Source of the DNA: Lachnospiraceae bacterium
GTDB taxonomy: Bacteria > Bacillota > Clostridia > Lachnospirales > Lachnospiraceae
Reading direction: 5' to 3'
Assembly: GCA_014799405.1 (NCBI GenBank)
Contig: JAAVIA010000052.1
Location: 8,131 to 72,130 of the forward strand
DNA: 64,000 bases
In this document: positions 8,619 to 16,796 of the stretch, in pieces
Numbering within the stretch: the stretch's first letter is position 1
Layout of the letters: the number at the start of each line of letters is the position of its first letter
The notes under the pieces: model-generated
What the model was told of the DNA's origin: nothing
Databases searched by the model: none
What the model saw: only the letters and a program-made list of their open reading frames with translations
Translations under genes and position numbers: made by a program

Positions 8619-10070
8619 ATGGAAAAGTATAATGTGATGAATTATGTTTTAGATAAATATAAGGATGTGGAAGCGGAAAAGTATATAGGGATTTTTGGCA
8701 ATCCAATAAAGCATACCCTTTCACCTGTTATACATGATACAATAAGTAAAGCTTTAAATTTAAACGAAAGATATATTCCGTTTCATATAGAAAATAATTT
8801 GAATTTGGCAGTTATGGACGCATTTGACAGGGGGATTTTGGGGCTTAACATAACCGTTCCTCACAAGCAGAGTGTTATGGAATGTCTTGTGGAGGTGGAT
8901 GAGGCGGCAAAGGCCATAGGAGCAGTCAATACTCTTGTCAGAACAGAGAAGGGATATGTGGGGTACAATACTGATATGCCGGGACTTGCCAAGGCGATAG
9001 AGAGCGAGGGGGTAAGTCTTGAAAATAAAAATATCATAATTCTCGGTGCAGGCGGTGCAGCAAGGGCAGCCGTATATATGTGTATAAAATATGGTGCAAA
9101 AAAAGTTTACATAATTAACAGAACAGTGGAGAATGCAAGGAAAATTGCTGACGATATGAAGGCTGTTTTTTGTGTTTATGACAGCTGTGGCAAAAAAAGT
9201 AAATGCCCTGAAATATGCGCCGTTGCTGCTGACCAATATAAGGAAATACCAAATGACAAATATATTTTTATTCAGTGTACGTCAGTGGGGCTTCATGAGG
9301 GCGACGGACTTCCGGTTGTAGATGATGTGGAGTTTTATAAAATGGCGTTGTTTGGAGTGGATTTAATATATAACCCTGTAAAAACGCCGTTTATAAAGCT
9401 TTTGGAAAATCTTGGCATAAAAACCATGAATGGGCTTAAAATGCTTTTGTATCAGGGTATTATGTCTAATGAGCTGTGGAATAAAAAGACTGTTGATAAA
9501 GATACGACAGACAAGGTGTACAGAGCACTTTGTGCAGCAGTTTACGGTACAGGGGATAATATTGTCTTAGTCGGCTATATGGGTTCGGGAAAAACAACAA
9601 TAGGCAAATATATTTCATGTGAGCTTGGATATGAATTTATTGATACAGATGAATATATTGTGAAGAAAGAAGGTATGTCAATAAATGATATATTTTCTAA
9701 AAAAGGGGAGGAATATTTCAGAAGGCTGGAGACCGATACTGTAAGGGAATTAGGAGCTGTCTTACATAATGCAGTGATAGCTACAGGAGGAGGACTTCCC
9801 ATAAGAGATGAAAACAGGAAACTGCTTAAAGCCTTGGGAACGGTTTACTATCTTAAAACGGAAGCAGATACTATTTTCAGGAGAATTTCGGGAAATGAGG
9901 ACAGACCGCTTCTTTTGTGTGAAAATCCATATGAAAGAATATGCAGCATGCTTAACGAAAGAGAACCTAATTATTTGCTTTCTGCCGATGTTTTGATTTC
10001 TACTGATGATAAGAGTGTAGAGGATGTGGCAAGGGAAATTTATAATAGCTGTAAAAAATCTGAAAAATAA
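8619..10070 (+). CDS. aroE-aroK: Shikimate dehydrogenase-shikimate kinase fusion
   Basis: AroE motifs GNPIKHTLSP, NITVPHK, GAVNT, GYNTD, GAGGAA. C-terminal AroK with LVGYMGSGKTT, DTD, ATGGG, RPLL. Start after GGAGG. Confidence 0.93.
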   Translation: MEKYNVMNYVLDKYKDVEAEKYIGIFGNPIKHTLSPVIHDTISKALNLNERYIPFHIENNLNLAVMDAFDRGILGLNITVPHKQSVMECLVEVDEAAKAIGAVNTLVRTEKGYVGYNTDMPGLAKAIESEGVSLENKNIIILGAGGAARAAVYMCIKYGAKKVYIINRTVENARKIADDMKAVFCVYDSCGKKSKCPEICAVAADQYKEIPNDKYIFIQCTSVGLHEGDGLPVVDDVEFYKMALFGVDLIYNPVKTPFIKLLENLGIKTMNGLKMLLYQGIMSNELWNKKTVDKDTTDKVYRALCAAVYGTGDNIVLVGYMGSGKTTIGKYISCELGYEFIDTDEYIVKKEGMSINDIFSKKGEEYFRRLETDTVRELGAVLHNAVIATGGGLPIRDENRKLLKALGTVYYLKTEADTIFRRISGNEDRPLLLCENPYERICSMLNEREPNYLLSADVLISTDDKSVEDVAREIYNSCKKSEK

Positions 10071-10266
10071 TTCCCTATTTTATTTTTCTTTTGTATAAAA
10101 TGTACTTGTTAATTATTTTAGATTATGGTATTATGTGATACACGCATATAACAGATAATAAATGTATTGCCACCCGTACAATTTATATGTGGTTGTAATT
10201 ATGATTTCATTTTATTTCCACCCATAAGATGAGGTATATTGTTAATAATCGGAAGAAGGTGAAATA

Positions 10267-10803
10267 ATGAGTGATAGTGAAAAACTTGATTTGATTTTGA
10301 CCGGAGTACTTGATTTAAATACAAGAATGTATAGGGTCGAGGAAGATTTAAAAGAGGTCAGGGAAGATGTAAAATTTTTAAAAGACAGAGTAAATAAAAT
10401 TGAGGAAGAAGTAAGACATTTAAAAGACCGAATGGGTAGAGTTGAGGCGGAAGTAAGGCTTTTAAAAGACAGAATGGATAAGGTTGAGGACGACTTAAGA
10501 GAAGTCAAAGAGGAAGTAGGAATACTGAGGGAAGACTTAAAAGAAGTCAAAGAGGAAGTAGGAATACTGAAGGGAGACTTAAAAGAGGTCAAGGAAGAAG
10601 TTACAAACACTAATCTTATAATTGAAAATGAAATTCGTGTCAACATTCAAAGAATAGCGGAAGGACATCTTGATTTGTCAAGGAACATGCATGATGTTAT
10701 AAGACCGAATAATGAGATGGAAGTGCTTGTAGTAAGAGTTGGGGTTTTAGAAACAGAGGTAAAATATATAAAAAAGAATTTACATATGAATGTTGCAAAG
10801 TAA
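10267..10803 (+). CDS. Coiled-coil hypothetical protein with heptad repeats
   Basis: (L/V)-x6 heptads such as LKEVKEEVGILREDLKEV. RBS GAAGGTG. Confidence 0.8.
   Translation: MSDSEKLDLILTGVLDLNTRMYRVEEDLKEVREDVKFLKDRVNKIEEEVRHLKDRMGRVEAEVRLLKDRMDKVEDDLREVKEEVGILREDLKEVKEEVGILKGDLKEVKEEVTNTNLIIENEIRVNIQRIAEGHLDLSRNMHDVIRPNNEMEVLVVRVGVLETEVKYIKKNLHMNVAK
10492..10601 (+). repeat. 42-bp in-frame tandem repeat (about 2.6 copies)
   Basis: GACTTAA(G/A)AGA(A/G)GTCAA starts at 10492, 10534 and 10576. Confidence 0.85.
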
Positions 10804-10834
10804 TTTTTATTTTCGTGTTTGATAGGAAACTGTG

Positions 10835-10902
10835 TTTCCTATCGGCACGGTTCTTGCGAACCCTGCTAGGATGCGAACTGCAGTGCCGAAGGCACTTTGT
10901 TC
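10835..10902. repeat. 68-bp structured intergenic element, copy 2
   Basis: 50/68 to 8385-8452. Hairpins GGTTC-TTGC-GAACC and GTGCC-GAA-GGCAC. Preceded by GATAGGAAAC-tgt-GTTTCCTATC. Confidence 0.75.
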
Positions 10903-11008
10903 TAAATATAAAATTTAGAGTATATGGCGTATATTTAGGTAGAGGAAATATACGCCATTTTTATCTTGAAGAAACAAAATATAAATGGTATACTGTTTTA
11001 GATTGTAA

Positions 11009-11083
11009 TTAGAATAAAACCGAGACTTCTGAAAAAAATATTTTTTTCATGTAATGTTTTTTTCAGTTGTTTCGGAATTCTAA
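11009..11083 (+). promoter_or_regulatory. pnp 5'-UTR long hairpin (probable RNase III processing/autoregulation site)
   Basis: TTAGAAT..CCGAGAC..CTGAAAAAAA pairs with TTTTTTCAG..GTTTCGG..ATTCTAA. It lies downstream of TTGAAG-17-TATACT. Confidence 0.55.
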
Positions 11084-11110
11084 TGCAAAATATTTTTAAG
11101 GAGATTAATT

Positions 11111-13192
11111 ATGTACAAGAAATTTGAGATGGAGCTTGCTGGAAGAACGCTTCGGGTTGATGTCGGCAGGGTTGCGAAGCAGGCAAATGGCGCAGCACTT
11201 ATGCACTATGGAGATACAGTTGTTTTATCAACAGCTACAGCTTCTGAGAAGCCTAGGGAGGGGATTGATTTCTTTCCACTTTCAGTTGAGTATGAGGAGA
11301 AACTTTATTCAGTAGGCAAAATACCTGGGGGCTTTAATAAGAGAGAGGGTAAGGCAAGTGAAAATGCCATTCTTACATCAAGAGTTATAGACCGTCCTAT
11401 GAGACCACTTTTTCCAAAGGATTACAGAAATGATGTTACGCTGAATAATCTGGTTCTTTCTGTTGACCCTGAGTGCTCTCCTGAGCTTACGGCAATGCTT
11501 GGTTCCGCTATTGCAACAGCTATATCTGACATACCGTTTGATGGACCATGTGCAACTACTCAGGTGGGTATGATTGACGATGTTTTGGTATTTAATCCAA
11601 ACGCCACCCAGAATCTTGTTTCAGACCTTAAGCTTACCGTTGCTTCTACAAGGGATAAGGTTATTATGATAGAGGCAGGTGCAAATGAAATTCCTGAGGA
11701 GAAGATGATAGAGGCTATATATGCAGCCCACGAGTTGAATCAGAAGGTTATAGCTTTTATCGACCAGATAGTGGCAGAGTGTGGAAAGCCTAAGCATGAA
11801 TATACAAGCTGTGCAGTTCCTGAGGAGCTTTTTGAGGCTATAAAGGCTATAGTAACACCTCAGCAGATGGAAGAAGCTGTATTTACAGATGAGAAGCAGG
11901 TTAGAGAGGAAAATATAAGACAGATAAAGGACAAGCTTGAGGAAGCCTTTGCAGATAATGAGGAATGGCTTGAGGTGTTGGATGAAGCTGTTTACCAGTA
12001 TCAGAAGAAAACAGTAAGAAAGATGATATTAAAGGATCACAAGCGTCCTGATGGAAGACAGATTACACAGATAAGACCGCTTGCCGCTGAGGTTGATACT
12101 ATTCCTAGAGTTCATGGCTCAGCTATGTTTACAAGAGGTCAGACACAGATATGTAATATTGTTACACTTGCACCTTTGTCAGAGGCTCAAAAGTTAGACG
12201 GACTTGATGAGAATGTTGTATCAAAGAGATATATGCATCATTACAATTTCCCATCATATTCGGTTGGAGAGACAAAGCCTTCAAGAGGACCGGGACGTCG
12301 TGAAATTGGACATGGTGCGCTTGCAGAGAGAGCTCTTGTTCCTGTGCTTCCAAGCGAGGAGGAATTCCCATATGCCATTCGTTCCGTTTCGGAGACGTTT
12401 GAATCAAATGGTTCAACATCCATGGCATCTACATGTTCATCCTGTATGGCGCTTATGGCAGCAGGAGTGCCTATAAAGAAAATGGTAGCCGGTATATCCT
12501 GTGGACTTGTAACCGGTGATACGGATGATGACTATGTGCTTCTCACTGATATTCAGGGACTTGAGGACTTCTTTGGAGACATGGACTTTAAGGTTACAGG
12601 TACTACTGAAGGTATCACTGCAATTCAGATGGACATTAAAATACATGGACTTACAAGACCTATCGTTGAGGGTGCTATTGCAAGATGCCGTGAGGCAAGA
12701 CTTTTCATTATGGATACATGTATGAAGCCTGCAATAAGCCAGCCAAGACCAACCGTAGGAGAGCTTGCTCCAAAGATTATTCAGACTGTTGTTGATCCTG
12801 AAAAAATTGGTGAGATTATAGGTCAGAGAGGAAAGACCATCAATTCAATTATAGAGGAAACAGGTGTTAAGATTGATATTGATGATGACGGACGTGTTTC
12901 TATCTGTGGTGTTGAGCAGGCCGGTATGGATAAGGCACTTAAAATTATACGCTCAATTGTTGACCCTATTGAGGTCGGAAAGACATATGAAGGTAAGGTT
13001 GTAAGAATAATGAACTTTGGTGCATTTGTTGAACTTGCTCCAAATAAGGATGGATTGATTCATATTTCCAAGCTTGCAGATCATAGAGTTGAAAAGGTTG
13101 AGGATGTTGTTAATATCGGCGATGAGGTTAAGGTTAAGGTGCTTGATATTGACAGAATGGGCAAGATAAGCTTAAGCCTCAAGGACGCATAA
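11111..13192 (+). CDS. pnp: Polyribonucleotide nucleotidyltransferase (PNPase)
   Basis: Two RNase PH domains (DFFPLSVEYEEK, RREIGHGALAE, DMDFKVTGT), then KH and S1. Confidence 0.99.
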   Translation: MYKKFEMELAGRTLRVDVGRVAKQANGAALMHYGDTVVLSTATASEKPREGIDFFPLSVEYEEKLYSVGKIPGGFNKREGKASENAILTSRVIDRPMRPLFPKDYRNDVTLNNLVLSVDPECSPELTAMLGSAIATAISDIPFDGPCATTQVGMIDDVLVFNPNATQNLVSDLKLTVASTRDKVIMIEAGANEIPEEKMIEAIYAAHELNQKVIAFIDQIVAECGKPKHEYTSCAVPEELFEAIKAIVTPQQMEEAVFTDEKQVREENIRQIKDKLEEAFADNEEWLEVLDEAVYQYQKKTVRKMILKDHKRPDGRQITQIRPLAAEVDTIPRVHGSAMFTRGQTQICNIVTLAPLSEAQKLDGLDENVVSKRYMHHYNFPSYSVGETKPSRGPGRREIGHGALAERALVPVLPSEEEFPYAIRSVSETFESNGSTSMASTCSSCMALMAAGVPIKKMVAGISCGLVTGDTDDDYVLLTDIQGLEDFFGDMDFKVTGTTEGITAIQMDIKIHGLTRPIVEGAIARCREARLFIMDTCMKPAISQPRPTVGELAPKIIQTVVDPEKIGEIIGQRGKTINSIIEETGVKIDIDDDGRVSICGVEQAGMDKALKIIRSIVDPIEVGKTYEGKVVRIMNFGAFVELAPNKDGLIHISKLADHRVEKVEDVVNIGDEVKVKVLDIDRMGKISLSLKDA

Positions 13193-13209
13193 ATATTTTT
13201 CAAGCATGA

Positions 13210-13243
13210 ATATGCCCCGTTTACGCTAAGGCGGGGCATATTT
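13210..13243 (+). terminator. Intrinsic terminator after pnp
   Basis: ATATGCCCCG ... CGGGGCATAT followed by TT. Confidence 0.7.
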
Positions 13244-13280
13244 GCTATAATTTAAGAAGATATGATATGGAGGGCAAATA

Positions 13281-15683
13281 ATGAGATACGGCTATTTTGA
13301 TGATGCAGAAAGAGAATATGTGATTGACAGACCCGACACTCCGGCACCTTGGGCGAATTATTTGGGCTCACCTGAGTATGGTGCTATTATTTCAAATAAC
13401 GCCGGAGGATATAGCTTTGTAAAATCCGGGGCAAACGGCAGAATTTTAAGATATGTATTTAACAGTTTTGATCAACCTGGCAGATACATATATTTGAGAG
13501 ATAACGACACACAGGATTATTGGTCTGCATCTTGGCAGCCTGTCGGAAAGTCACTTGATAAATATAAAAGTGAATGCCATCATGGAACAGGATATACTAA
13601 TATTAAGGCGTCATACGATGGCATTGATACAGAGGCGCTTTATTTAGTCCCTCTTGATAAAACACATGAGGTGTGGAATCTCAAGGTTACAAATAATTCA
13701 GACAAGCCAAGAAATTTGTCCGCAATCGGATATTGTGAGTTTACAAACGATAACAATTATGAGCAGGATCAGGTAAACCTTCAATATACGTTATTTATAA
13801 CGAGAACATATTTTAAGGAAAACAGAATAAAGCAGGTTATAAATGAAAATGTAAACAAGGGTACTCCTGTAGATGGAAATGTTACGTTTACAAGATTTTT
13901 TGGATTGGCAGGTGGAGAGGTTGCCAGCTATTGCGGTGATAAAGAGACTTTTTTAGGGTTATATCATTCATATGCGAATCCTTTGGCAGTTATAAATGGT
14001 AACTGTGGAAATAAATTAAATTATAACTCAAATTCATGTGGAGCATTGGAAACTAAGATGTCTCTTGCTCCAGGGGAAACCAAATATATAGCGTTTATCG
14101 TAGGAATGAAGAATGATGCTGAAGCAGAAGAAGTTATGAAGGCTTATGCTGACGTAAAGTCACAGGCTGAAAAGGAGCTTACTGAGCTTAAGAAATATTG
14201 GGGTGATAAGCTTGATAATTTGCAGGTTAAAACTCCAAGTCCTGAATTTAATTCAATGATAAATACATGGAATGCATATCAATGCTTTATGACATTTATA
14301 TGGTCAAGAGCTGCGTCATTTTCATACTGTGGTTTAAGAAACGGATACGGATACAGAGATACCGTTCAGGATATACAGGGTATCATACATCTTGCTCCTG
14401 AAATGGCACTTGAAAAAATACGTTTTATGCTCTCGGCTCAGGTTGATAACGGAGGAGGACTTCCTCTTGTTAAATTTAACCATAATGCGGGACATGAGGA
14501 TACCCCTGATGATGCTTCATATGTAAAGGCAACCGGTCATCCTGCATACAGGGCAGATGATGCGCTTTGGCTTTTCCCTACCGTATATAAGTATATTGCA
14601 GAGTCGGGGAATGTAGATTTTATAGACGAGGTTATATTGTTTGCAAACGGCGGCGAGGGAACCGTATATGAGCATTTAAAGAGAGCAATTGATTTTTCCA
14701 TGAACCGTTTGGGAAATAACAACATGCCTGCGGGACTTCACGCAGATTGGAATGACTGCTTAAGGCTTGGAAAGAAGGGAGAGTCAACATTTGTTGCAAT
14801 GCAGCTTTATTATGCAATGACTGTTCTCCATGACTTTGCCGTAAGAAAAAATGATACTGAGTATATTGCATATCTTGATAAGATACAGAAAGAGCTTGGC
14901 GACACCATTCAGTCGAAGTGCTGGGAGGATGACAGGTATATAAGAGGCTACAAGGAAGACGGCATGATAATAGGCTCGAAGCATGATCCTGAAGCCAACA
15001 TGTGGCTTAATCCACAGTCATGGTCAGTTATAAGCGGACTTGCAACTAAGGAACAGGCAGAAAAAGCTCTTGAGTCGGTACACAGGGAACTGAATACACC
15101 TTATGGAGTAAGGGTTATGGCGCCTGCCTATGAAGACCATGCATTTGATGGTGCGCTTATGTTGCTGTTTAATGCTTCCACGAAGGAAAACGGAGGTATA
15201 TTCTCGCAACCACAGGGGTGGATTATACTTGCCGAATCACTTATGGGACATGGAAATCGGGCATTTGAGTATTTTACTGAAAGCTCTCCTGCATCCATGA
15301 ATGACAAGGCAGAAATCCGTAAGCTTGAGCCATACTGTCATGGACAGTTTACAGAAAGCGTAGACAGTCCTTTTGAGGGCAGGTCACATGTTCATTGGCT
15401 TACAGGTACCGCATCTACAGTTATGGTAGGGTGTGTCGAGGGCATTTTGGGAATAAGACCTGACTTTGAGGGACTTAGGCTGGCACCTTCTGTTTCCTCC
15501 GATTGGAAAGAATTTGAAATTTCCAAAATGTACAGAGGGAAGAAGCTTAATATTAAGGTATCAAACCCTGACGGGGCACAGAGTGGATATAAGACATTAA
15601 CATTAAATGATGAAAAACTGTCTGACAATTATATACCTTTTGACAAGCTAAAAGATGAAAACGATATTTTGCTTATCATGTAA
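13281..15683 (+). CDS. GH94 glycoside phosphorylase (cellodextrin/cellobiose or chitobiose phosphorylase type)
   Basis: N-terminal GYFDD...PDTPAPWANYLG, YRDTVQD, catalytic ADWNDCL, HWLTGTAS. Confidence 0.92.
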   Translation: MRYGYFDDAEREYVIDRPDTPAPWANYLGSPEYGAIISNNAGGYSFVKSGANGRILRYVFNSFDQPGRYIYLRDNDTQDYWSASWQPVGKSLDKYKSECHHGTGYTNIKASYDGIDTEALYLVPLDKTHEVWNLKVTNNSDKPRNLSAIGYCEFTNDNNYEQDQVNLQYTLFITRTYFKENRIKQVINENVNKGTPVDGNVTFTRFFGLAGGEVASYCGDKETFLGLYHSYANPLAVINGNCGNKLNYNSNSCGALETKMSLAPGETKYIAFIVGMKNDAEAEEVMKAYADVKSQAEKELTELKKYWGDKLDNLQVKTPSPEFNSMINTWNAYQCFMTFIWSRAASFSYCGLRNGYGYRDTVQDIQGIIHLAPEMALEKIRFMLSAQVDNGGGLPLVKFNHNAGHEDTPDDASYVKATGHPAYRADDALWLFPTVYKYIAESGNVDFIDEVILFANGGEGTVYEHLKRAIDFSMNRLGNNNMPAGLHADWNDCLRLGKKGESTFVAMQLYYAMTVLHDFAVRKNDTEYIAYLDKIQKELGDTIQSKCWEDDRYIRGYKEDGMIIGSKHDPEANMWLNPQSWSVISGLATKEQAEKALESVHRELNTPYGVRVMAPAYEDHAFDGALMLLFNASTKENGGIFSQPQGWIILAESLMGHGNRAFEYFTESSPASMNDKAEIRKLEPYCHGQFTESVDSPFEGRSHVHWLTGTASTVMVGCVEGILGIRPDFEGLRLAPSVSSDWKEFEISKMYRGKKLNIKVSNPDGAQSGYKTLTLNDEKLSDNYIPFDKLKDENDILLIM

Positions 15684-15792
15684 AAAAGGTAACCCTTGGT
15701 GGCTAGTTGTTAATGTTTTAGCGTGATAGAATTTTCCTAATGAATAATTGAGTTTTCGATAATTCATATGGGGTGTTTCATATATTATATGA

Positions 15793-15850
15793 GAAAAGAG
15801 GTTCTGATTTTTTCCTAATTAATTGGGAATTAATCAGAACCTTTTTTCTT
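15793..15850. terminator. Hairpin with A/T tails downstream of the GH94 gene
   Basis: AAAGAGGTTCTGATT ... AATCAGAACCTTTTTT. Confidence 0.6.
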
Positions 15851-15943
15851 TACGCAAAAGTTAGAAAAACCTTATCATATACCGTGCAACAGCGAATAAT
15901 TAAAAAAAGTATGTGTATAATAACAAAAAAACGGAGGTTTATT

Positions 15944-16678
15944 ATGTGCAGCGAAAATAAAAATGATGATGAAAAAAGAGAGCCTGAAAAATATGACGGA
16001 AAAACTGAAAAGTATGACAGCAGACTTATAAAGGATTTGGGACAGTATGTTCTTAAAGCTAAAACAGACGGAAAAGGTATAGTTTTACTTAATATAGCAG
16101 GTGAGATAGAAGGACATGAGTCCCTTGGAGGCAATTCAAAGGTAAGTAAGTATGAGCTCATTCTTCCTCTGCTTGCACTTGTTCAAAGTGATGAGAATAT
16201 AGAAGGACTGCTTGTTTTATTAAATACTGTAGGTGGTGATGTGGAGGCAGGACTTGCAATAGCTGAAATGATAGCATCTATAGATAAGCCTAAGGTTTGC
16301 CTTGTATTAGGCGGTGGACATTCCATAGGAGTACCGCTTGCTGTTTCGGGTGATGTAACATATATAGTGCCTACTGCAACGATGGTTGTTCATCCAATAA
16401 GGATAAACGGTACAGTGCTTGGAGTAAGGCAAAATTATGAATATATTGAAAGAATGCAGGACAGAATTATAAGCTTTACCGCAAGTCATAGCAGGATAAA
16501 GGAAAATGAGTTGAGGGATATTATGTTTAACACCAGGGAACTTACCAAGGATATCGGATCTGTTCTGATTGGGGAGCAGGCGGTAAAAAAAGGAATCATT
16601 GACAATGTAGGTGGAATAAACTGTGCCATGAATTGCTTATATGACTTGATAAATAAAAAGAAAAATAGTACAATATGA
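15944..16678 (+). CDS. tepA: ClpP-like translocation-enhancing protein TepA
   Basis: LNTVGGDVEAGLAIAE, GGGHSIGVP and HPIR ClpP-fold motifs. Sits upstream of ftsK/spoIIIE as in Bacillus. Start after GGAGG. Confidence 0.85.
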   Translation: MCSENKNDDEKREPEKYDGKTEKYDSRLIKDLGQYVLKAKTDGKGIVLLNIAGEIEGHESLGGNSKVSKYELILPLLALVQSDENIEGLLVLLNTVGGDVEAGLAIAEMIASIDKPKVCLVLGGGHSIGVPLAVSGDVTYIVPTATMVVHPIRINGTVLGVRQNYEYIERMQDRIISFTASHSRIKENELRDIMFNTRELTKDIGSVLIGEQAVKKGIIDNVGGINCAMNCLYDLINKKKNSTI

Positions 16679-16796
16679 GGGGCTTGCTTGGAAAAATATT
16701 ACTTTATGTTGTGTTTTTAGTTATATAATATGCAAAGCTGCCATATGCTGACGGGACAGCTTTGCATAGATAAATTATGGATAAGGAGACATATGA

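Noticed and set aside
10242-10646. 134-aa Ser/Thr/Leu-rich minus-strand ORF
   Set aside because: Mirror of the repetitive GAA/AAA-rich coiled-coil gene on the + strand.
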